Positions 1-10,296 of a stretch of 64,000 bases of DNA are shown piece by piece. Source of the stretch: Podarcis gaigeae (Eukaryota); the NCBI GenBank assembly GCA_964106915.2, contig OZ066915.1, one strand, 5' to 3'. A program made the position numbers and the translations under genes. The number at the start of each line of letters is the position of its first letter. Position 1 is the stretch's first letter. A model generated the notes under the pieces. That model was not told the origin of the DNA, did no database searches, and saw only the letters and a program-made list of their open reading frames with translations.

Positions 1-561
1 ATGAAAACTGAGGTGTTTGTTAGGTACCACGGTGTTAAGAGCAATTTGAACAGCATGCAGCTAGGGATAGTGGTACAAATAATTTGCTGCTTAGTTCGAG
101 TTTAAGGTTTTATCACGTACTACAACGTCAAAAACACTTTTGCAGATATAATGATGATACAAAAAGTAGCCACTTTCTGCATCAAGAGGGTTTGGCTGCT
201 TTTACATTTTGCACCCTTGCTTTGATTAGTTTTGTTGTTGTTGAACAGGGAAAGGTGCAGGCCAGACAGAATCTCATCATGTGGATAAGTTTGGATTCCA
301 CATTGTCACCTGCTGTGGCTATATAGCTCAGGTAAGCTCCTCCTTTTATTGATTAAAAAGAAAGAGAAGTTGGAAGGGACCCTTAAAGACATCTAGACCA
401 GGCGTCAGCAAACATTTTCAGCAGGGGACTGGTCCACTGTCCCTCAGAACTTGTGGAGGGCCACACTATATTTTTTTTTGGGGGGGGGGGGGAGAACAAA
501 TTCCTATAACCCACAAGTAACCCCTGAGATGCATTTTAAATAAAAGCACACATTCTACTTA

Positions 562-1805
562 CCGTAAATTTCGCTCCATAACACGCAGTTTTTTTCTCCT
601 AGAAAGTAAGGGAAAATGTCTGTGCGTGTTATGGAGCGAATGCCTACAGATGGCGGGGGAATTTGCTGCAGTCGTGAGCAGTCCGTGGCTCGCTTTGAAA
701 CAGCAAAGCGGGTGTAAGCAGCTCCTGTCAGCTAGCGGAGCCGGGGAGGAGGGAGAGAAGCAGAGCGGGAGTTGGCTGCTTTAAAACAACCCCGTGTTCT
801 CTGTCCCTGCCTGCAGTTTTTTGCTGTCCGATTTTGGATTAGCCACTGTAGGGGCTGTGTGTGTGTGTGTGTGTGCTTGAGCTATCGTTCTCCTCCTCCT
901 GCTTCCCCTTCACTCTCCCTGCGCCCCTGCGCGCCCCTGCAACTTTAGGATTGACACTGTGTGTCTGTGTGTGTGTGAGGCATCGTTCTCCTTCTCTTGC
1001 TTCCCGTTCACTCTCCCAGCGCCCCTGCGACTTTAGGATTGACACTCTGTGTCTCTCTGTGTGTGAGGCATCATTCTCCTTCTCTTGCTTCCCGTTCACT
1101 CTCCCAGTGCCCCTGCGCGCCCCTGCGACTTTAGGATTGACACTCTGTGTCTCTGTGTGTGTGAGGCATCGTTCTCCTTCTCTTGCTTCCCGTTCACTCT
1201 CCCAGCGCCCCTGCGACTTTAGGATTGACACTGTGTGTCTGTGTGTGTGTGAGGGCTCCTTCTCCTTCTCTTGCTTCCATTCACTCTCCCTGCGCCCCTG
1301 CGCTCTCCCAGAGCCCTGCGACTTTAGGGCCAGTTCTCTCTCTGTGTGTGTGTGTTTTGACCTCACTGCGCTTGTTGGGGGAGAGTGTTGGTCGCAATTT
1401 TTCTTGATTTGTCTCAGAGTGGTTACTATCGTGGTTTTCTTGCCGGGGAGGAGGGAGAGAAGCAGAGCCTGCTTGTTCTAAAGGAGCAAAGCCGGAGAGG
1501 AGCCTCTCCTGCATTATTAGCAGCATCCTTCTCCACACACCCCACGTGTGCTCCTTGTCCCTTGAGTGTTTTTCCTTCCCTCCCCACTTAAAACGTGGTT
1601 ACAAAGCACGGATCCACGTGGATCCTCAGGATTTTTGCATTGGGCTACCCCAAACTCACCGTCAGATCGCATGTCTGTGGCCACAGCATGAACCACAAAA
1701 ATCATACATCCACTGTTTCGTTTAGAATATTTTTTTCTTGTTTTCCTCCTCTAAAAACTGCGTGCGTGTTATGGTCAGGTGTGTGTTATAGAGCGAAAAA
1801 TACGG
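562..1805. mobile_element. Non-autonomous Tc1/mariner element with Tc2-like CCGTA termini
   Basis: TA-CCGTAAATTTCGCTCCATAACACGC...GTGTGTTATAGAGCGAAAAATACGG-TA. TIRs ~25 bp with TA TSD. Both ends match a second copy at 21510-22427. Confidence 0.85.
855..1355. repeat. Minisatellite of ~88-105 bp units (~5 copies) inside the Tc2-like element
   Basis: Anchor ACTTTAGG recurs at 942, 1030, 1128, 1216 and 1321 (spacings 88/98/88/105). Each unit carries (TG)n and CT-rich blocks. Confidence 0.9.
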
Positions 1806-1981
1806 TACGTAAAAACACCAGGAAGGCCCCACAAATAACTCAGAGATGCATTTTAAATGAAAGGGCACATTCTACTCATGTAAAAACATGCTGATTCCTG
1901 GACCATCCGTGGGCCGGATTTCGAAGGCGATTGGGCCGGATCCAGCCCCCAGGCCTTAGTTTGCCTACCCATGATCTAGAC

Positions 1982-2448
1982 CAGGGATCTGCAACCCGCG
2001 GCTCCGGAGCCGTATGTGGCTCTTTTACACCTTTGCCGCGGCTCCGGGGCGGATACTAGCGAGGGGAGGAGGCGCATTGTGCGCCCCGACACTCCCCACT
2101 GTGGCGGCGCTGTACTGGCTGTGACGTCGCATGGGGGCGGTGCGTGCGTTAGTCACGCACCGTCCCGACGTCACCTTCCCGCCCGCCTGCCCGCTACATT
2201 GTAAGGGGCATGTACGCTGGTCACTGTTTTGAAGGGGAGTGAAGAACACACACACACACAAAAAGGTAACTTGTTAATTTAACGTTTATTGCTATGAGGA
2301 GGAGTAATTCTGAGGGGTCAAACAAAGAAATAATAAAAAAGTGACAAAAAAAGTTATTTTTATAATGGCGAGTTTTGCGGCTCCCAGGTTTTTTTTCTTC
2401 GAAAACGGGTCCAAGTGGCTCCTTTTGTCTTAAAGGTTGCAGACCCTG
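1982..2448. mobile_element. Second non-autonomous hAT element of a different family
   Basis: TIRs CAGGGATCTGCAACC...GGTTGCAGACCCTG; 8-bp TSD ATCTAGAC at 1974-1981 and 2449-2456. Confidence 0.85.
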
Positions 2449-2485
2449 ATCTAGACCAACCCCATGGCATATTTTTGCTTTGTAG

Positions 2486-2608
2486 GTGAATGAATGGCAA
2501 AGTGACTGGCCCACTTTCTTCATACGCCACCGTCTCCAAGCCCAAATGGATTTGATTGAGAGAGATTACGGAGACAGAGAAGCGAGGGAATTGTGGTCTC
2601 GGTTAAAG
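2486..2608 (+). CDS. FN3K: Fructosamine-3-kinase, penultimate coding exon
   Basis: tttgtag|GTG...AAG|gtaggt, 123 nt, phase 0/0. Encodes VNEWQSDWPTFFIRHRLQAQMDLIERDYGDREARELWSRLK, matching FN3K (VNEWQDDWPTFF...REARELWSRL) rather than FN3KRP. Confidence 0.93.
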
Positions 2609-3158
2609 GTAGGTGAGAGATGCTAGACTGCCACAATATGAGAAAGAGAGAGTGAGAGAGAAGGCACTGAGGCTAAGCTGGAACCATGCTTGCATCTCCA
2701 ACTTGCCACCTCACTCTGACAGGATTTTACTATAGGTGTGAGGTTTCCTTCCTATCCAGCCTGCTTTCTCAAGCAAGTGCCCAGTCTATACATTTGCACT
2801 TTAGTTTGTCTGCTGCTCGCCATCAAGGATGGTATTATTTAGTTCCATTTGTGGGATCAGGAACTTTTGGAGCTTGACTAGCATGCCAGTGGGGTTTTGT
2901 TTATTTAAATCTTGGACCATCTTTCAAGTAGATACAAGCCAGGGCTGAGCCAAGTTTCCCAGAAGGATGGGCCTAAACTTTGCTGGACTTAAAACCCACG
3001 GTCTCCATTGGGATCCTCTACCTCAAACCCCTGTTCCCTGCCGTTTTCATAATTTAGAATTGCATTCACACATGACTGTATTAACTTTTATTGTATTTGT
3101 GTGGCCCTGTTTCCAAATTTGTTGTAATAGAAGAATGAGTGGGGGGGCTGGTTTATTT

Positions 3159-3598
3159 TTTTATTTTTATTTTTCAAAATTTATAATTTATAAATGAATA
3201 ATTTATTATTCAAAATTAAAATAAATTATCCAAAAGCATACCATCCTTGTTTTTTCCCAATTTTCCCTCCCTCCCTCCCCCCACCCTCCCACACAACCCC
3301 CCCCCCGACTTCCCTCAGTTCCAGTCTTTGGTTTCTCTGAGACTGCTGTTTTCTGCATGTTACAAAGTTGTATAGATCCTCAAACTATTTAGCTGATTAT
3401 TACCAATAAAAAGTTTGTGAATGTTTATTCAAAACCTGCCAAGGAGTCCAGTTCACTTTATTGTGTCTTCAAATACTTTGTAAAGGGTTCCCATTCATCT
3501 TTAAAGTCATAGTTATCCTTGTCCCGTAGCTTATATGTCAGTTTTGCCAGTTCTGCATAGTCCGTCAATTTTTCTTGCCATGTTTCTTTAGTTGGGGC
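3159..3598 (-). mobile_element. 5'-truncated L1 (ORF2 C-terminus, 3' UTR and A-rich tail)
   Basis: Minus strand reads PTKETWQEKLTDYAELAKLTYKLRDKDNYDFKDEWEPFTKYLKTQ* (L1 ORF2 end; stop at 3458-3460), followed by a G-rich UTR and A-rich tail. 11-bp TSD CTGGTTTATTT at 3148-3158 and 3599-3609. Confidence 0.85.
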
Positions 3599-3625
3599 CT
3601 GGTTTATTTAAATGTATTTCTTCTC

Positions 3626-4427
3626 TACCATAATGGGCCTAATTGCAGGCGAAGATGAAACAGGGTACAAGGGGGAGGTTCAAAAAGTATCTACATGGTG
3701 CTTAGAGAATAACTTGCACCTAAATATTAGTAAGACAAAGGGGATGGTGTTGGACTTCCAGAGGAAGAGAGGGGAACCTGCCCCGTTGTATATCGGTGGG
3801 GGGCTGTATGGAGAGAGTCTCCTCCTTTAAATTCCTGGGAGTTTACCTTAGTGAGGACCTCACTTGGAAAATTAACATAACTCAGATGGTCAGAAAGGCC
3901 CAACAGAGACTCCATTTCCTCAGGGTCTTGCGAAAGAATAATGTTGAACAACAATTGATGAACTCTTTTTACTGGTCCACAATAGAAAGTGTCCTTTCAT
4001 ATTGTATTACAGTGTGGTCTGCTGGCCTGACAGCCACGGACAGAAAGTCTCTACAGAGGGTGGTGAAAACAGCACATGATATCATGCGCTGTCCCTTGAG
4101 TCCGCTAGATGACATCGCAAGGGATCGTTGCCTTAGGAGAGAGAGAAAAATTCTCAGGGACGACCCACACCCCGGCCATCACCTCTTTAATCTTCTACGC
4201 TCAGGCAGGAAATATAGAAGTATAATCAGCTGTACCAACAGGCTAAAAAATAGCTTCTATCTGTGGGCTGTTAGGCTGTTGAACGGAAAATAACATAATG
4301 AAATTGACTTGCAAGGTGGTGTGTTGTTTGATAAGAGATTGGGGGGGGAGAGGGAGGCTCGTTTAATTTCATTGTACACAGGTTGTACAATGACAATAAA
4401 AGTATAATTAATTAGTTAATTAATTAT
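3626..4427 (+). mobile_element. 5'-truncated Rex1/Babar-clade LINE
   Basis: RT C-terminal half: TIMGLI...ERVSSFKFLGV..SEDLTW..N....RKAQQRLHFLR...IESVLSYCITVW...GRKYRSI...TNRLKNSFY..AVRLLN*. One frameshift at the G-run 3798-3803. 3' stem-loop at 4369-4393, AATAAA, then a (TAAT)n tail. Confidence 0.85.
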
Positions 4428-4530
4428 TGCTCATTCCATTAGGGAGGCTAACAAAAACGCATTGATATTTGCTCCCCATTTTCACTAGTGGTGAGAATTC
4501 CATGGATTTTCCATTGCAAGGTTTTATTTT

Positions 4531-4646
4531 CTTTCACTGAGCAAGCATAAAGACCTTATGGTGTCTTTGCAATATTTGTTGTATATTTGTATATAAAATA
4601 AATATTACAAAGACACCATAAGGTCTTTATGCTTGCTCAATGAAAG
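4531..4646. repeat. Long near-perfect inverted repeat (hairpin)
   Basis: CTTTCACTGAGCAAGCATAAAGACCTTATGGTGTCTTTG... pairs with ...CAAAGACACCATAAGGTCTTTATGCTTGCTCAATGAAAG; arms ~55 bp, ~4 mismatches, short loop. Confidence 0.9.
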
Positions 4647-4917
4647 CAGAGCATGTTGGAGGCAAATAGGCAATCCTACAGGATGCAGGAAAACTGATGA
4701 TCCAGTAGTGGATTCTCAAGAGGGATTTCTTGGCCCACTGCAGGCTCCCTCTCAGCTGCTTCTAATTCAGCTAAAAGCAGAGCTGTTGACCTTCTGATTC
4801 TAAATTCTTACGCCACATTTTTCTGCCACTACCCCTAGCTCTGATCAGTGTCACATTCCAAAGTCAGGTGATAGATTCCCAATTCATCAAGAAAAATATC
4901 CCGGTCATTACCCATTA

Positions 4918-5140
4918 CAGTGGTACCTCTGGTTACATACGCTTCAGGTTACATACTCTTCAGGTTACAGACTCCGCTAACCCAGAAATAGTGCTTCAGG
5001 ATCAGAACAGAAATTGTGCTCTGGCGGCGCGGCAGCAGCAGGAGGCCCCATTAGCTAAAGTGGTGCTTCAGGTTAAGAACAGTTTCAGGTTAAGTATGTA
5101 CCTCCGGAACGAATTAAGTACTTAACCCAAGGTACCACTG
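4918..5140. mobile_element. Tigger/pogo-like MITE, family A copy 1
   Basis: TA-CAGTGGTACCTC...AAGGTACCACTG-TA; five related copies in this window. Confidence 0.9.
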
Positions 5141-5375
5141 TAATCCATCAGGCAATCATAGTGATAGGTTAAATCATGTTATTCAAAACAGCAAAACTCA
5201 TAGTATATATAAAATGTAAAAATTATGCTAAAAGCAAATAAAAAGACACAACATTCAGGACTTCATATACATTCTGATTTATATGTTTTAAGGCCTTATA
5301 TTTGTCTTATTAAGCAATGTTCTACTTCTTTTCCTTAGACAGTTTTAAAGGTTTTTTGTTTATGCTTTTTTACAG

Positions 5376-5714
5376 CCAAAGATTCCGGAGATGTTTTGTG
5401 ATCTGGAGATAATTCCTGCCCTCCTACATGGGGACCTGTGGGCAGGAAATGTAGCTGAAGATGACTCCGGACCAATTCTTTTTGACCCTGCTTGTTTCTA
5501 TGGTCATTCAGAATTTGAACTTGCAATTTCTATGATGTTTGGTGGCTTTAGCAGTTCTTTCTTCTCTGCTTATCACAGCAAAATCCCCAAAGCTCCAGGC
5601 TTTGAAAAGCGCAACAAACTTTACCAGCTATTTAACTATATTAACCACTGGAACCATTTTGGGACAGGATACCGGGGGCCCACTCTTAATGTTATGCGAA
5701 AGCTTTTAAAGTAA
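5376..5714 (+). CDS. FN3K: Fructosamine-3-kinase, last coding exon
   Basis: ttttttacag|CCA; encodes [25 protein letters not shown]...[16 protein letters not shown]...NHWNHFG...MRKLLK*, with the HGDLWxGN kinase motif. SEFEL, FNY and the terminal LLK are FN3K-type residues, and the exon lies directly upstream of TBCD. Confidence 0.93.
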   Translation, partial: PKIPEMFCDLEIIPALLHGDLWAGNVAEDDSGPILFDPACFYGHSEFELAISMMFGGFSSSFFSAYHSKIPKAPGFEKRNKLYQLFNYINHWNHFGTGYRGPTLNVMRKLLK

Positions 5715-6365
5715 CCCTCAAACATGGTCATCCTGAGTAAGTGATCTCCTGTTTGATGTTAGAACAACATCTGCTACAATGTTTTAAAGAGGATGGGAAG
5801 TCACCTGAAAGTTACAAAAGGCAAGAGCTAAGGTGACATTTGTACACATTTAATTCCTCACAAAATGCTTGCAGTGGTTTTGTATTTTTTGCATTCTCTT
5901 AACTGTCAACCAGCATATTAATGACCACTTTGATAAGGTAGGAAAACTGTGTGCTGTTTGTTGTTCCAGGGAGTGAACTCTGTAGCAAAGTGTACAAGCA
6001 GGATAAATGAGAGTTCCAGAATAGTAGATTTAAAAAACAGCATTTGCAGAAATGCAGTGGAGAAGATCTAGTCTCTGTGCCAGTGGATGTGATGTTATTC
6101 TCCTTCCTCTCCTTCCTCCTGCATTCTTTACTCTGCTCAGGAGGGTCACACAACTTTATTTTGTGGGGACACAGGAGCAGAAGGGTGGGGGAGGGGAGAA
6201 TGATGGAGTCATTCCATTTGCACAAATGGAAGACTGTTGGGCAAGTGGGATGTCACAACTGGATATCAACAAAGACTGCAAACCTGAGAGCCCATGTAAA
6301 CATGTACACCAGCTTGTGTGGATGTAATGACTCCCTTGCTCGAACAGTTTAAAATAAATAACAAC

Positions 6366-6367
<2 letters not shown>

Positions 6368-6417
<50 letters not shown>

Positions 6418-6622
6418 ACCCCGCCCATCTGGCAGGGCCTCCCCAGCCACTCTGGGTGGCTTCCAACAGGATATTAAAAACACAAGAAAACATCAAACAT
6501 TAAAAACTTCACTAAACAGGGCTGCCTTCAGATGTCTTCTAAAAGTCAGATAGTTGTTTATTTCCTTGACATCTGGTGAGAGAGTGTTCTCCAGGGTGGG
6601 CACCACTACCAAGAAGGCCCTC
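6368..6622 (-). mobile_element. L2 LINE 3' end with (TTA)n tail
   Basis: CCCGCCCATCTGGC...CCAGCCACTCTGGG.GGCTTCC 3' motif shared with copies at 13574, 15779 and 61308, whose longer forms encode an L2 ORF2 C-terminus. Confidence 0.8.
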
Positions 6623-7183
6623 GGTACATTCGTGATTAAAATAGACAACAAAACAAATAATTAAACAGAAAACAGTTAAAGCAATAAAATATCAACTTTA
6701 ATTCAAGGGAATCCTTGCCTAAACAGGTATGTTTTCAGGAGCCAGCAGATTGCCAACACTGCAGCTGTAGTCCTAGTACTATAACACTAATTTCTTCTTC
6801 CTTTTTAAAAACCAGTTTAATACGGATAAGGCTGCAGGTTGACAACAGTGATGGGGAACCCACTGTGGCCTTCCAGAGGGTGCTGAACTACAACTTCCAT
6901 CATCCTTGATCACTAGCTGTGCTGGCTGGGTCTAATGGGAACTGGAATCCAGTATCACCAAACACAGTGGGAGTTACTGCTGAATTAAAAAATAGGATTG
7001 CATTACACGGATAAACTCATAAATGTTAAAAGGATTGGGTCAATAAATTGCATTCCTTACATACAACTGCAAGTGACTGAAACATGTTAGAAGTATTTCA
7101 AAGCATGCTTATTTTGTTTTACTGTTAGGGTTGTCTGCCCTGGTTATTGTACATAGTGAAATAATAAAGAAAGTAAGTGAGAA

Positions 7184-7486
7184 CAGGCATACCTCAGAGA
7201 TATTGCTGGTTCGGTTCCAGCCCACCACAATAAAGCGAATATTGCAATAAAGTGAGTCACTTTTTTGTTTGTTTCCCTGTGAAAAGTTACCTTTTCACTA
7301 TAGTGTAGTCTATTGACCCAGCCCCTCCCCCTTGGCTGCATGGGTGGGAGGGGAGAAACCCAGCTCCAGTCCTAGCCGCTCCATTATCCTGGCCAGAAGA
7401 GGGTTGATGGCAGCAGGGGGTTGCTTCCTAATTTTTTAAAAGAGCAATACTGTATCTGCGATGTGCAATAAAATGAGGTATGCATG
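7184..7486. mobile_element. Tigger1-like MITE
   Basis: CAGGCATACCTCAGAGATATTGCTGGTTCGGTTCCAG...GCAATAAAATGAGGTATGCATG-TA; both ends resemble Tigger1 termini as I recall them. Confidence 0.75.
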
Positions 7487-8819
7487 TACTGAAATAAACT
7501 TTAGGTATCATTGTTTGGCATGCTTTACCCATGATGTGCATTTTCATAGCACAGGACATGTAGCATGTAGAATTTTAAAGTAAAATTTTTCAGTTTTGTG
7601 ATAGTGTGAGAATCATCATTCTGGGTTAAATGGAATGTTTGAGCAATCCTCATTTATGATAGGAAAGTGGAAATTAAAGCTGTCAAGTGATCGAAGGCTT
7701 AGCAAGCTCACTGTTTAAGTATACAGAATTTGAATGAAAATTGCTGTGCTACACTTACTATGTATGTAATATGCAATCCAAATAAAATGTTGTCATTGCA
7801 CACAGAATTTGTAACTATAATTGCCATCAGCAAATAAGTGAGAGTGGGTTCAACGTAGTTGTGAGACTGGAAAAATAATTATGAGCATGTTTCCCCTCAC
7901 CATTGACAATTGCAGATTGCAACCAAACCATCCTTTCTCTAGCCATGAAGCTCACTTTATGGGTGATCTCAAGCCAATCAACATATCTATATCTCAGGGT
8001 TGTTCTGTAGATGAAAAGTGGTGTGGGAAGAGAATGATGCATATTGTCCTGAGTTTCTTGGAGGATAAGCAGGATAAAAAACATGGAAACAATAGTCTCA
8101 AATCTGTTTACAGATAAGCATAGGGACCTGCAGGACACCTGATGGCAGTATGGTTTACATTAGTTAAGCACTGTAAAGATCTGAAAGGAGCTACAATTGA
8201 GTACCACAAAATGTGATTCTTAGCATTGGTAATGATGCAAACGACCCGGTTCCTTAGAGAACAAGTAAATAGATATTTTTGGCCAGATAAGGCATGATTT
8301 TATTAGTTTTGGAAAAAAGGACATAACAGACACACACCAATGCAGGGATTTTTATTACTGAAACAGTCAACACCTATCCAAACACTGATTTCTTTTTCCC
8401 GCCTGCTAACCTCAAGAAACTGGACTTTCACCGGGAATTGTGATTTCGATGGATTAGAAGTCTGAGGTCATTTTCAGATCTGTGGTACATGATTATGACT
8501 GGCAGTATTTTTTTATTGTTTTCCTTTTTCACCGTTGTTTTTGCTGCAAAGGTTATGCGATCAACAACAATAAATGACAATGTCGTTCTACTGCGGGGTC
8601 TTCGTTTCCTGCACCTCAACAGTGCTTCCAATCCGGCACATTTATATCCTGCACATCTGTTTTAAAAACTCCCAGGGCGGCTCATGCACCTTTTATGCTT
8701 TTTACAGACTCTTATTATTATTATTGTTATTATTTCGCGGTTTATAACCAGCGCTCTAGCATCCAAGGAAACGCCTCCTGCACAGCCCAGGGCAAGCAGC
8801 TCTTCTTTGCCTTGGCGTT

Positions 8820-9380
8820 TAAAGCAAGACTTTCCCGCGATGTAGCTCCACCAGAAAAAAAAAAACACCTACATCCCGTCCCTGCCACAGAAAGAGAAAA
8901 GGCACACAGCCGGGCGCTTTCCTCCTTCCCAGCCAATCCCCTTTCCCCTTCCTCGCCCGCCCTCCCTCTGCTGCCGGGCTCCTCCTCTTTTCGCAGCCCA
9001 GGCGCGGACGTCCACCGAGCCCTTCTGTCCCGCGCGAGGAGCCGTACGTGGAGAGGCCTCTTCTGAGCGCAGGCGCCAACGACGAAAGGTAAATCTTGCA
9101 AGCAGCGAGCTGTTGTGGGAGAGGCGCTGAGCTTGGCTCGGGGCTTTCCGTGGTTCGCAGGAGCCTGGGCGAGGCGCGGGTAGGGCCAGGGCCTTCAGGA
9201 CGAGATGGCGAGCCGCCTTGGGAAACGGGAAGAGGCTCTCTCGCGATACGGTCGCCCGGGGGGGTGTCTTGGACGCCAGGCCCCGGGGAAGGAGGGCGGT
9301 GCGCGGCTCGGCTGCAAATGTTAAAAAACCGCCCTCAGCCTCAGCCTTGCACCTCAATTAAGGCGGCAAAAGGCGGAATT
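8820..9380 (+). promoter_or_regulatory. TBCD: CpG-island promoter of TBCD
   Basis: The only non-repeat CpG-dense stretch. Contains CCAAT (~8933), GC boxes, NRF1-like GCGCAGGCGC (9067-9076) and BANP/ZBTB33-like TCTCGCGATA (9239-9248). Confidence 0.75.
9000..9088 (+). other. TBCD: Putative non-coding first exon of TBCD (5' boundary approximate)
   Basis: Strong donor AAG|GTAAAT at 9088/9089 inside the CpG island. The ATG exon is preceded by an acceptor (cctttgcctag|, exon starting 10082). Confidence 0.6.
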
Positions 9381-10103
9381 CTCATGCTTTTGAGTTCATG
9401 CGAAGTGCTTTCCCCTGCCTCAGCCCTGAAAAACGAATGCACAGTATTAACTCTCTTTCAGTATGGCAACAAAAGCCCTGGTAATAGGTCGGGGGTTAAA
9501 GGGAAGGATTCCAGGTTCAGGGGTGTAGCTGGGCTTGAACGCAGCTTCAATCGCTATACATTTTTATTTGCAAAGGAACAGTGCATTCACGAACAATCCT
9601 CATGGCGTGCATACAGCTATACTGCATCAAGGCCTTATTTATATTTTAAAAGCTGAACTAACCTTCTTTCCATCCCTGTCAAGATAGAAATGTATCCTAT
9701 GGAAGCGGATAGGATTTGGAAGAGATGGGAGAACGGGCTGTTGTTAAATTGCGTGTGGAACAAGAGATGTATATAGCAAGGGAAGGAAATCCCTTTTATA
9801 CACTGTCCCGTTATTTTTCTATGGGGAAAGAAAGGACACAGGCCAGCACAGATTTAAGCCCACTGAAAATAATTGAGCTTAAGTGCAGTTCTCTTATGTG
9901 CACTTGGATTGCCTCCATCATGCAAGGCAAATTTGCAGCGTAGTTGCACACAAGTCTACTTGGAAGAATTTCCCATTGAATTCAATGGGTCTTGCTTTCA
10001 GGAAGCTCTGTATAGGGTTGTAACATTAATTGTGGAATTTAACTGTAATGGTAAATGCTGGTTTGCTGTGCCTTTGCCTAGAAGAATTTTTCACGAGCTG
10101 AAG

Positions 10104-10296
10104 ATGGTTTTAAATGAGATGAACGGAGATGGGTCTGAGCAAGAGGATAGCAAATGCCTGGAGTCTGATGTCATCGCCAAGGGAAACATACTTGAGACCT
10201 TTTCAGAGAGTCAGGAAATACAGGAGTTGATTAATTCTCTTAGATCAATGCATGGAGACCTATCATTGAGAGAGACGGCGCTTGAAAAATTTAAAG
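10104..10296 (+). CDS. TBCD: Tubulin-specific chaperone D, coding exon 1
   Basis: Kozak AAGATGG; MVLNEMNGDG...LETFSESQEIQELINSLRSMHG...RETALEKFK; donor AG|gtatga, phase 1. Confidence 0.88.

Larger units (their letters stand above)
399..1973. mobile_element. Non-autonomous hAT (Charlie-like) DNA transposon, interrupted by a Tc2-like element
   Basis: Imperfect terminal inverted repeats (TIRs) CAGGCGTCAGCAAAC...GTTTGCCTACCCATG, flanked by an 8-bp TSD ATCTAGAC (391-398, 1974-1981) that fits the NTCTAGAN Charlie target preference. Confidence 0.85.

Noticed and set aside
855-1355. Regularly spaced repeats resembling a CRISPR array
   Set aside because: The intervening segments are themselves repeated rather than unique spacers, the context is eukaryotic, and no cas genes are present.
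839-1481. Overlapping 175-aa and 206-aa ORFs with repeated peptides
   Set aside because: They are translations of the minisatellite inside a non-autonomous transposon.
2486-5714. Assignment to FN3KRP
   Set aside because: Diagnostic residues (DWPTFF, REARELWSRL, SEFEL, FNY, LLK) and adjacency to TBCD favour FN3K.
8695-9656. Several 120-190 aa ORFs on both strands
   Set aside because: Expected scarcity of stop codons in a CpG island; no recognisable protein.
9873-10103. N-terminal extension of the 147-aa ORF as part of TBCD
   Set aside because: It starts at a non-ATG codon and lies upstream of an acceptor and of the homologous Kozak ATG at 10104.
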